Translations under genes and position numbers: made by a program
Part shown: piece after piece, positions 55,400 through 62,404 of the stretch
Position numbering within the stretch: the stretch's first letter is position 1
How the letters are laid out: each line of letters begins with the position of its first letter
The notes under the pieces: generated by a model
Told to the model about the DNA's origin: nothing
Databases searched by the model: none
What the model saw: the letters and a program-made list of their open reading frames with translations, nothing else
IMG/VR virus record: IMGVR_UViG_3300025167_000005
Reading direction: 5' to 3' (one strand)
DNA length: 64,000 nt
DNA from: an uncultured virus (IMG/VR IMGVR_UViG_3300025167_000005)
Taxonomy: Duplodnaviria > Heunggongvirae > Uroviricota > Caudoviricetes

Positions 55400-55986
55400 C
55401 GGGATTGCCTCCGATATCTCTTGACATGGACCTTTCGAGGCCTTCGGGACAGGACCGGCAGGGCGGCCCAGGTGCGGTGGGTGATTTCCTCGGGGCGAAT
55501 GTCCATGGGAGGCCGCTCTTCCGTATATCTTCCTGTGGTCTGGATTTTCCCAATGAAACGGCGATAGCGTTCCCGGTCCCATCCGAACCGGGCAGCCTGG
55601 ATAGCTTCCCAGAAGATGGCCCTTTGCTCGGAAGGTCGGTCTACGTGAACACTGTACAGGAACTGTTCCAGAGATATCATTGCTTGCCTTATTGGTTTCA
55701 TAGTCAGGATATCAGCAATATGGTACAACTCGTGGGCCATGACGACATAGAGTTCTTCTGCATCCAACCCGAGGCGACGCACCAAGTCCTTATTGACCGC
55801 GAAAAACGGACCGCCGGGAGTCAGATAAGTCACGCTCACGGAGTTCTCTTTCGTTTCCTCGATGACAGAGACAGGGAACCCCTTCAACAGATGCCGGACG
55901 GGCAGGACATCGAGGTTCACGAACTCTTCCAGGTTTACGGGCTTCTGAGACAGTTTTCCCCAGTTCACCCAAAGTTCCTCGGTCAT
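55396..55986 (-). CDS. HExxH metallopeptidase-like family member, C-tag
   Basis: MAHELYH..EQRAIFWEAIQAARFGW; ends VHVKRYRRQSR. Confidence 0.8.
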   Translation of the reverse strand: MTEELWVNWGKLSQKPVNLEEFVNLDVLPVRHLLKGFPVSVIEETKENSVSVTYLTPGGPFFAVNKDLVRRLGLDAEELYVVMAHELYHIADILTMKPIRQAMISLEQFLYSVHVDRPSEQRAIFWEAIQAARFGWDRERYRRFIGKIQTTGRYTEERPPMDIRPEEITHRTWAALPVLSRRPRKVHVKRYRRQSR

Positions 55987-56555
55987 CGGGTCCTCCGATG
56001 AGTGCGGACGCGGATTGCCCGTCGGGGACGACGGGTGAGCGGGGGCAGAAAAGATGCAAACTCCCTCTTGTCCTCTTCCGAGACAGATATCTTCCTTTCT
56101 CCTTTATACACCCCTTGGACAAAGGTCATCACTCTCCCGCGGGTCCAGCCAAATCTTGCAGCCTGGAGTCCGGCCCAATAATTGGCCTCCTGCTCTCCTG
56201 GCTGGTCTCCGTGGGCAGCCGCATGGGGAAACAGATGCTCTACAGCCTTTCCTCTGAAAGGATGGTATATATGTGTCAGCTCATGGGCCAGGAGCACATA
56301 GAATGCTTCTGGGTCATCCAATGCCGCGTCGAGGACATCAATCCTAATCAATATTTTGGCCGTCTTACCCTGGCCAACTACCCAGGCGGCCTGGGAATGC
56401 GGCGAGGACGCAGCCTGGACAGGAATGTCTTCAACGCGGACTCCGGTTCTCTTTTTAACCTCGTGCCGGTTGACAAGAAGGTTGACATCCACCAGGTCCT
56501 TCAGGAGAACAACCGTTCCGACCCGGAAGCCGATTTCTTTGATGCGCGCGGTCAT
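55983..56555 (-). CDS. HExxH metallopeptidase-like family member, C-tag
   Basis: LAHELTH..EQEANYWAGLQAARFGW; ends IRVRTHRRTR. Confidence 0.8.
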   Translation of the reverse strand: MTARIKEIGFRVGTVVLLKDLVDVNLLVNRHEVKKRTGVRVEDIPVQAASSPHSQAAWVVGQGKTAKILIRIDVLDAALDDPEAFYVLLAHELTHIYHPFRGKAVEHLFPHAAAHGDQPGEQEANYWAGLQAARFGWTRGRVMTFVQGVYKGERKISVSEEDKREFASFLPPLTRRPRRAIRVRTHRRTR

Positions 56556-57103
56556 GCCCGCCTCCTGTGATGGGTCCTGACCTGCACGACACGCCTCCGA
56601 GGCGGCAGCGACGGGAAGGCAGGCCAGGACTCCTGCTCTCGTATCCTTCGAGTACGGAACCCCAGCTTCTTGATAAATGCTCGGTGGGTCTCTCTGTTCC
56701 ATCCCATGCGCGCTGCCTGGAGGCCTTCCCAGTATATGGCATCTTGTTCACATCGTTTATCATGATGGTATACATAACCCTTGCCCTCGTGAGATTGGCA
56801 TAGAGCAGGCAATTGCCAGAAGTGTGCGGTTTCATGAGCTATCAGAACATAGACTTCTTCATCTGATAGCTTGTGGATGTTGGTAAATATTATGACCTTC
56901 TCGTTTATGCGGTCACCGGCGAGGGCATTGGCAACACTGCCCGGGACCAGGTTAAAACCTACCTTGGGCATGAGCCTCCGTTTCCTCAATTCGTGAACGG
57001 TCACCAGCTGGTCAACATCAATCAGGTCGGACAGGGGCTGAGGCTTTATGTTGTAGATGTCAGAAGCCAGCTTGCGGTTCACGGGAAAATCCTCGGAGGT
57101 CAT
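56552..57103 (-). CDS. HExxH metallopeptidase-like family member, C-tag
   Basis: IAHETAH..EQDAIYWEGLQAARMGW; ends VQVRTHHRRRA. Confidence 0.8.
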   Translation of the reverse strand: MTSEDFPVNRKLASDIYNIKPQPLSDLIDVDQLVTVHELRKRRLMPKVGFNLVPGSVANALAGDRINEKVIIFTNIHKLSDEEVYVLIAHETAHFWQLPALCQSHEGKGYVYHHDKRCEQDAIYWEGLQAARMGWNRETHRAFIKKLGFRTRRIREQESWPAFPSLPPRRRVVQVRTHHRRRA

Positions 57104-57651
57104 GCTCTCCGCCTCCGGTGAGAGCCAACATGAACCCGACGACGCATCGGACCTCTGGCCTCGTAACCGCGGAAGGTCTTCAGTACCTTTCCGGGGAACT
57201 TTCTATTCAAAGAGTTCCAGAGGGCTTCGGCTTCCCGCGACCTTGGATGAATGGAATGAAGGACCTTGCCATACGAATGGGCGTCATTGACCGCGAATCG
57301 GTAAAGGAATGTCCCCAATCCCCTTCTGTTCCAACCATCAGCGACTTGGGAACCACCGATGACCCAAGTGGATTCGTCTTCGATGTAGACAGAAAGCATT
57401 CCTACGACGACCATATATTTCCCCTCGTACTCTGCAAGCAGGAGATACAGCCAGTGCCTGTCCGTCGCATACCCGTGCTCTGGCGTCTTGGCCACGAATA
57501 CCTTGTGATAAAGCCCGGAAGGAGCGACAACAGAAACGAACTGGTCAGAGAGCACTGGTTCAGCCTCTTTTGTAGGCACCCACCTACCCATGACACTCTC
57601 TTCTTCCCAGAACGTCTTGCGATGTGGCATGCCGGGAATCGTGTCGGTCAT
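57100..57651 (-). CDS. GNAT-like protein, copy 3, C-tag
   Basis: WNRRGLGTFLY; ends VHVGSHRRRRA. Confidence 0.75.
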   Translation of the reverse strand: MTDTIPGMPHRKTFWEEESVMGRWVPTKEAEPVLSDQFVSVVAPSGLYHKVFVAKTPEHGYATDRHWLYLLLAEYEGKYMVVVGMLSVYIEDESTWVIGGSQVADGWNRRGLGTFLYRFAVNDAHSYGKVLHSIHPRSREAEALWNSLNRKFPGKVLKTFRGYEARGPMRRRVHVGSHRRRRA

Positions 57652-57737
57652 CGGCGCCTCCGATGGGACCCAACGCGAACCGGTCGTCGGGACAAGACGG
57701 GCAAGGCGGCCCGGTCCACCCGGGGCAGATATTTCAC
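57648..57737 (-). pseudogene. Tag-only remnant (29 aa) of an HExxH-family gene
   Basis: MKYLPRVDRAALPVLSRRPVRVGSHRRRR; AALPVLSRRP matches the C-terminus of 55396-55986. Confidence 0.6.
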
Positions 57738-58300
57738 TGGCCATCCCCCGGCTCGACGTTACGGTAGTCCAGGATTTTGACCGTGAACAGCCTCTCGGCC
57801 GCCGACCGTTCCTCGACCGTCAGGTCCGCGGCGTCCAGCAGGCCTTCCCAGTTCCGTTCCAGGTCCTGGCGGGTTCCGATGTACGTGTTCATGCCCACGT
57901 CGTCACTGTGCTGCGCCAGGACGCCGCCGTCCGAGGTGACGACCATGTCATCGATGGCCGGGTCGGTCCACTTCTTGTCGAGCACGTACCCCAGGATGGC
58001 CGCCATCTTCGGACTCATGCCCGGGAACCGGCCCGGGTACAGCTTCTTCTGGAGGTTCTCCAGGTCCTCCGGGCCCATGAGAGCGCCGACGACCGTCGCC
58101 TTGATGGCCCTGTCCTCGGCCTTGGCCTTCGCCACAAAATCTGCAAGACGCCGTTCTTCGTGCCGCTTTTCTTCATATTCCTTCTTGTGCCTGGCGAGGT
58201 CGTCCGAAAGCGGGTAGTCTGCCTTCGTCTTCTTTACGAAGTCATCGAGCGTGACGTGTTTGCGGCGGCGCAAATGAAGACGAACTTTCACTGGCTTCAA
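57734..58300 (-). CDS. Hypothetical protein with N-terminal Arg tag
   Basis: TTG start, KPVKVRLHLRRRK. Confidence 0.8.
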   Translation of the reverse strand: MKPVKVRLHLRRRKHVTLDDFVKKTKADYPLSDDLARHKKEYEEKRHEERRLADFVAKAKAEDRAIKATVVGALMGPEDLENLQKKLYPGRFPGMSPKMAAILGYVLDKKWTDPAIDDMVVTSDGGVLAQHSDDVGMNTYIGTRQDLERNWEGLLDAADLTVEERSAAERLFTVKILDYRNVEPGDGQ

Positions 58301-58328
58301 CGATGAGGCCTCCCGTCTCGGACCAGTT

Positions 58329-58901
58329 TCATGGTGACCGCCTCCGATGCGCTTGCACCCGGACCGGTCGCCTGGACATCCAGGACCGGGCAGCCCAGCC
58401 TCTTCGGACGACCTCTTCTGGAATGGTAGAAGAACGTAGTATGCCGCGTCCTATAGAGTACACCCGTCCCACGTACCGACGATATCTTTCCTGAGTCCAC
58501 CCGAATTTGGAAGCCTGCATCGACTCCCAAAAGATGGCCCGCTGCTCGGAAGGGCGGTCAGAGTGTATGGGGATTTCCATTCGCTCGTCGATGACCCCCC
58601 ACACAGAAGTCTTTCCTGTTCTCACTTCAACTACGTGAGAAATTTCATGGGCCAGCATCACGTAGACCTCTTCCGGGTCGAGTTTGGAAAGATATTCGAC
58701 ATTGACCTGGAGCGTGGTATCTCCAAGAGAAGTCAGTAACGTTGCTATCGACGCGGTTTCCAAGGGAGCGTTGACTATGGTAAGTAGCGAACCATGTTTG
58801 GCCAGAAGACTCCGGTTGACGAGGACCTTAACATCGAAAACCTCGGAGATATTTGCTTGTCTCCAGCGCAAGGCCGTCCAATTCGTCTTCAGCTCGGTCA
58901 T
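58329..58901 (-). CDS. HExxH metallopeptidase-like family member, C-tag
   Basis: LAHEISH..EQRAIFWESMQASKFGW; ends VRVQAHRRRSP. Confidence 0.8.
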   Translation of the reverse strand: MTELKTNWTALRWRQANISEVFDVKVLVNRSLLAKHGSLLTIVNAPLETASIATLLTSLGDTTLQVNVEYLSKLDPEEVYVMLAHEISHVVEVRTGKTSVWGVIDERMEIPIHSDRPSEQRAIFWESMQASKFGWTQERYRRYVGRVYSIGRGILRSSTIPEEVVRRGWAARSWMSRRPVRVQAHRRRSP

Positions 58902-59365
58902 CGGCGTCTCCGATATCCGTGGACCCGCACACCGGCCCTGCGCTGACGGAACCGCTGGAGTTCCTCCGAGAACCCCGAGGGCCGAAGCAGGTAGACCGGG
59001 TCATCGATACTCGCCAGCTTGCCCAGGGCAACGGGGCCGATGCTGCGAAGACGCTTGCCGTGCTCGTCGGTCAAGTCAATGTAGGACTCATAGTCTACTC
59101 CGAGATGCAAGACATCACTCTGAAGAAAATCCACGATACGAGACCAATGCCGTCGGATGTCGTCTGCCTGACCCTCGACGTAACCACTCGACACGCGGAC
59201 CCAGTGATTGGCGAGCAGGGTGACCGAGGGCGTCATGTCGTGTATCCAGGGAGTCCCATAGCCACGGATTCGCACTGCCTGCTCAGCCTGGTCGAGATGG
59301 GTCCCCTCGCGCCCGGCGACCAGGACCTCGTCCTCGCCCTCAGGAGAAATCCAGACGCGGACCAT
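58898..59365 (-). CDS. Hypothetical protein, C-tag; related to 23041
   Basis: WISPEGE..H..WVRV; ends VRVHGYRRRR. Confidence 0.75.
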   Translation of the reverse strand: MVRVWISPEGEDEVLVAGREGTHLDQAEQAVRIRGYGTPWIHDMTPSVTLLANHWVRVSSGYVEGQADDIRRHWSRIVDFLQSDVLHLGVDYESYIDLTDEHGKRLRSIGPVALGKLASIDDPVYLLRPSGFSEELQRFRQRRAGVRVHGYRRRR

Positions 59366-59736
59366 CAGGCGACCTCCATATCTATCCAAAACACGTCTAC
59401 GGGAATGTCGTTCCACCGCCATCCATCAACAGGACGGTACGCCATCCGGTTGTTGTGCCCGATTATTTCAACGTACTTTGAACCCATGAAATCCAGTCCC
59501 ATCGTCTCCAACCGGTCGGTCATGGCCTGCCTGTCTCCGCGGGCTACAATGTCAATGTCGTGCTCGGAGAACTCACGAGCGGTCAGACTGCCATAAAGGG
59601 CATACTTCACGCCGGGCACCGGACCAATCTCGCGGAGCAACCGGGCTGCATCGTCCCGGGTGATATGTGTGCTCCGCCCGGGAGGAATCTCGAACCCCTT
59701 CCTGCGTCGGAGGTGGCGATGGACCTGGACGGTCAT
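59365..59736 (-). CDS. Minimal nucleotidyltransferase (Pol-beta fold) with N-terminal Arg tag
   Basis: MTVQVHRHLRRR; LYGSL..EHDIDI..VDVF. Confidence 0.8.
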   Translation of the reverse strand: MTVQVHRHLRRRKGFEIPPGRSTHITRDDAARLLREIGPVPGVKYALYGSLTAREFSEHDIDIVARGDRQAMTDRLETMGLDFMGSKYVEIIGHNNRMAYRPVDGWRWNDIPVDVFWIDMEVA

Positions 59737-59870
59737 CGGTGTCTCCGCAGGAAGATGGAGAAAACGACCATGATGACCCGGACACCCATGGGCTCAGGAC
59801 CCCGGGCCCTTGCAGCGGCGATTTCAACGGGGTTTGGGATTTCCAATGGAAGATAGGTAGGAGCTATCAT
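59733..59870 (-). CDS. Small coupling ORF ending LRRHR
   Basis: ATGA overlaps at both ends. Confidence 0.45.
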   Translation of the reverse strand: MIAPTYLPLEIPNPVEIAAARARGPEPMGVRVIMVVFSIFLRRHR

Positions 59871-60646
59871 GCCCGCCTCCGATAGTTCCTGACAAAAACA
59901 CTCCGACGCCGACCGAACTGTACCGGCTCTCCACCCTCGAACGCCTTCCGGACCTCTTTCTCCCCCTTGAACAGCTTCTCCATGAACTTCTGGCCCTCCC
60001 ATACGGCCAGGCTCGCAAGCCTGGAAGCTTCCTGCGGGTCCGGGGTTTCCACCCACTTATCGGTATCGGCATTATAGAGAACGATTCGGGAAGGCGGAGG
60101 ATTGAGAAGGAGAGGCAGGTTCTCGGCAAGAGCAAGGTCGAAGTCGATTCTGGCAAAAGCCTTGGCTTCGTCGTAGGCCTTCCCAGCGGGAGCCATGGCC
60201 TCATCGCGGGCCTTCCGGTCGGGAGCCGTGGCCTCGTTATAGGCTTTCTGGGCAGGAGCCATGGCCTCATCGCGGGCCTCGTTATAGGCTTTCTGGGCAG
60301 GAGCCGTGGCCTTGTCGAGGGCCCTCCAGGCGGAAGCCGTGGCCTCAACGAGGGCCTTCCAGGCGGAAGCCGTGGCCTCAACGTAAGCCTTCCGGGCGGG
60401 AGCCGTGGCCTCAACGAAGGCCTTCCAGGCAGAATTCGTGGCCTCAACGTAAGCCTTCCGGACGGGAGTTGTAGCCTCGTAGTAGACCTTCTGTGTTCGG
60501 TTTTCAATCTCCCGAGAGCGCTCCGGCCATAGGATAACGACCGTGCCGAGGCCCTGTCTGCGCCATCCCTTGGGCGTCTTCGGGTAGTTGTCGTCTTTCC
60601 ACGAACCGAAGTCGGCGTCCTGAGGGAGCTTGGAGGACCAGAGCAT
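59867..60646 (-). CDS. Hendecad-repeat protein, C-tag; paralog of 11461
   Basis: Near-identical N- and C-domains; EATA(P/S)A(W/R)KA(Y/F)V repeats. Confidence 0.85.
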   Translation of the reverse strand: MLWSSKLPQDADFGSWKDDNYPKTPKGWRRQGLGTVVILWPERSREIENRTQKVYYEATTPVRKAYVEATNSAWKAFVEATAPARKAYVEATASAWKALVEATASAWRALDKATAPAQKAYNEARDEAMAPAQKAYNEATAPDRKARDEAMAPAGKAYDEAKAFARIDFDLALAENLPLLLNPPPSRIVLYNADTDKWVETPDPQEASRLASLAVWEGQKFMEKLFKGEKEVRKAFEGGEPVQFGRRRSVFVRNYRRRA

Positions 60647-61119
60647 CACCGATGCCTCCGATAGATTCCAACACGAACCGGTCTTCGCCGATTGTTCGCC
60701 GTACGAGCAGCACGAAGACGTGGATAGTAGGTCGTCGCAGCACTCAACGCAAACTGCTTCAAGTCTTCGGGATGAGATTCATATCGGTCTGGCCTGCTCG
60801 GATAAACACGAATTTGTCCTACCGGAATAGTCTTGTCGAACTGGCATTCCGTGGGGTCGATGACGATTCCTTCCTTCGTCTCAAGCCAGCAGTGAAATGA
60901 AAACCACCTGTCGTCGTCATCATAGGTCCCGCAAACAACTCGGGTCCAGATTCCCTTGCTCCTCAGGAAGTCCTTAAGAACGAAGTGACTGGCCGTGTAA
61001 CAGGCAGCCTTAAGCCGCTTCGTTGTGTCGATACCCCCCTCATACGGCCACTTTCTCTCCAACAGTTCCAGGAACTCTTTCGGAGACGGTAACACCGCCT
61101 CGACATCGGAAACGTTCAT
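60646..61119 (-). CDS. Papain-like C-H-D protein, C-tag
   Basis: AACYTAS, FHCWLE, IDPTECQF; ends VRVGIYRRHR. Confidence 0.75.
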   Translation of the reverse strand: MNVSDVEAVLPSPKEFLELLERKWPYEGGIDTTKRLKAACYTASHFVLKDFLRSKGIWTRVVCGTYDDDDRWFSFHCWLETKEGIVIDPTECQFDKTIPVGQIRVYPSRPDRYESHPEDLKQFALSAATTYYPRLRAARTANNRRRPVRVGIYRRHR

Positions 61120-61616
61120 CGGGACCTCCGGTAAGCGCTAACGTGTATTGGTCTCCTCCGAGTCTCCGCGGGACGGCGGAAGCCAAACCGCTCTGAATGA
61201 GCCTTGAACACGGTGCCCACGGCGAAATCCCCCATCAGGCCGTTGCTGTCGTTGAAGACATGCCGTGCAGCATGACGATGGTGGTCCATAGTGTCGTGCG
61301 CCAGGTCCTGTGTGAGTTGCTTCAAAAAGAACTCGTGGCCCCCATACTTCTCGTGGTAATCCGCAAGTCCTCTCTTCAATTCTGCAAGATACTCCCTGGC
61401 CGACTTCAGGCGTTCCAGGAAGAATGCCATGTCCGGGTCCGGGCCGAATCCCCCGATGATGTGGACTTTGCCATCAGCTCCGACCTCAAATCGTTTCGAC
61501 GGAGCGTCCTTGGTAAGAGTACTGGCCAGCAGAGCCAGGTCGTTGAGGACCAGGTTCAAGTTCTGCCAGATGCTGAGCACGTTGCTCGCATCGCGCAACT
61601 GCTGGCCTCCAGTCAT
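61116..61616 (-). CDS. Hypothetical protein, C-tag
   Basis: Ends IHVSAYRRSR. Confidence 0.78.
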   Translation of the reverse strand: MTGGQQLRDASNVLSIWQNLNLVLNDLALLASTLTKDAPSKRFEVGADGKVHIIGGFGPDPDMAFFLERLKSAREYLAELKRGLADYHEKYGGHEFFLKQLTQDLAHDTMDHHRHAARHVFNDSNGLMGDFAVGTVFKAHSERFGFRRPAETRRRPIHVSAYRRSR

Positions 61617-61687
61617 CGGCGCCTCCGCCTCGGCAGGAACCAGAACCGACGAAGGCGGGCTCCCGCTCGGATGTTGATGTCCTTCAT
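61613..61687 (-). CDS. Putative 24-aa Arg-rich leader peptide of the array
   Basis: MKDINIRAGARLRRFWFLPRRRRR; ATGA overlap with the first cargo gene. Confidence 0.45.
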   Translation of the reverse strand: MKDINIRAGARLRRFWFLPRRRRR

Positions 61688-61720
61688 CTGCTCGGACACA
61701 AGCAGAATGAGGTCGGACCA

Positions 61721-61731
61721 GTATATAAAGG
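61721..61731 (-). promoter_or_regulatory. TATA box heading the tagged array
   Basis: CCTTTATATAC on the minus strand, in the only intergenic gap upstream of the array. Confidence 0.6.
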
Positions 61732-61742
61732 CTTCCTTCTGG

Positions 61743-62078
61743 CTATGACCACCGCTCGAAGATGACCTCGCCGCGGTACTCGATGCGAAGCACCTTATAG
61801 TAGGGGATGGTCGCCATTGTCGTGCTGAACGTCTTCCTCCCGAGTTCGACGATGTCGGCCGCCTCGACGACCTTCTCGCCCTCGACGCGGTCCCGGACGG
61901 TGAGCACGGCCTCATCGAGGGACTCTCTAAGCGTCCACTTGAGCCAGTTGAGCACGTCCCGGGCCTTCCTGAACTGTTTCCTCTTCCGGGCCGGGGTCAG
62001 CATCCCGTCGAAGGGGTCGGGAAACCCACTGTCGTCGGGAAGCCGTTCCAGTAGCACGCGAGCTTCCTGTTCGTTCAT
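61743..62078 (-). CDS. Hypothetical protein
   Basis: ATGA coupling. Confidence 0.7.
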   Translation of the reverse strand: MNEQEARVLLERLPDDSGFPDPFDGMLTPARKRKQFRKARDVLNWLKWTLRESLDEAVLTVRDRVEGEKVVEAADIVELGRKTFSTTMATIPYYKVLRIEYRGEVIFERWS

Positions 62079-62404
62079 TGCGCCGGAGCCCCTGTCTTGG
62101 CCTCAAGGTCGGCGCGTTGGAGGAAGTATGCGATGAGCTGCTCGTCTCCGCGTTCGTACATCCGTGCCCGCCTCGCCGAACCGGCCCATGGCGTCATTCC
62201 GACGCCTGCCCACCTCGGCTTCAGGTAGCGCTCCTTGACCCCGTAAGCGATGGCAGCATAAACCTGGGCCCTTGTCAGGTCGCAGATAGCTCGAACCTGC
62301 TCACGAAGTTCGGCGAACTCGTACCAGGACGTGATAGGAAAGCGGGCTTCACGAAGGATACGCGCAAGCCGGAGGGCAACAACTCCAAGGCGACGATAAG
62401 TCAC
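62075..62404 (-). CDS. Hypothetical protein (possible wHTH)
   Basis: LTRAQVYAAIAYGVKERYL pattern. Confidence 0.6.
   Translation of the reverse strand: MTYRRLGVVALRLARILREARFPITSWYEFAELREQVRAICDLTRAQVYAAIAYGVKERYLKPRWAGVGMTPWAGSARRARMYERGDEQLIAYFLQRADLEAKTGAPAQ

Noticed and set aside
11461..60646. Diversity-generating retroelement behind the paralog pairs
   Set aside because: No reverse transcriptase in the window, and the differences do not appear confined to adenines.
49960..61630. Arg tag as a mere by-product of GGAGG SD sequences or high GC
   Set aside because: This cannot explain the V-x-V-x-x-H/Y part, the N-terminal copies, or the absence of the tag from equally coupled operons (4.7-6.9 kb, 39-44 kb).
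47341..61687. Classical integron cassette array
   Set aside because: No tyrosine integrase, no intergenic attC palindromes; the genes overlap.
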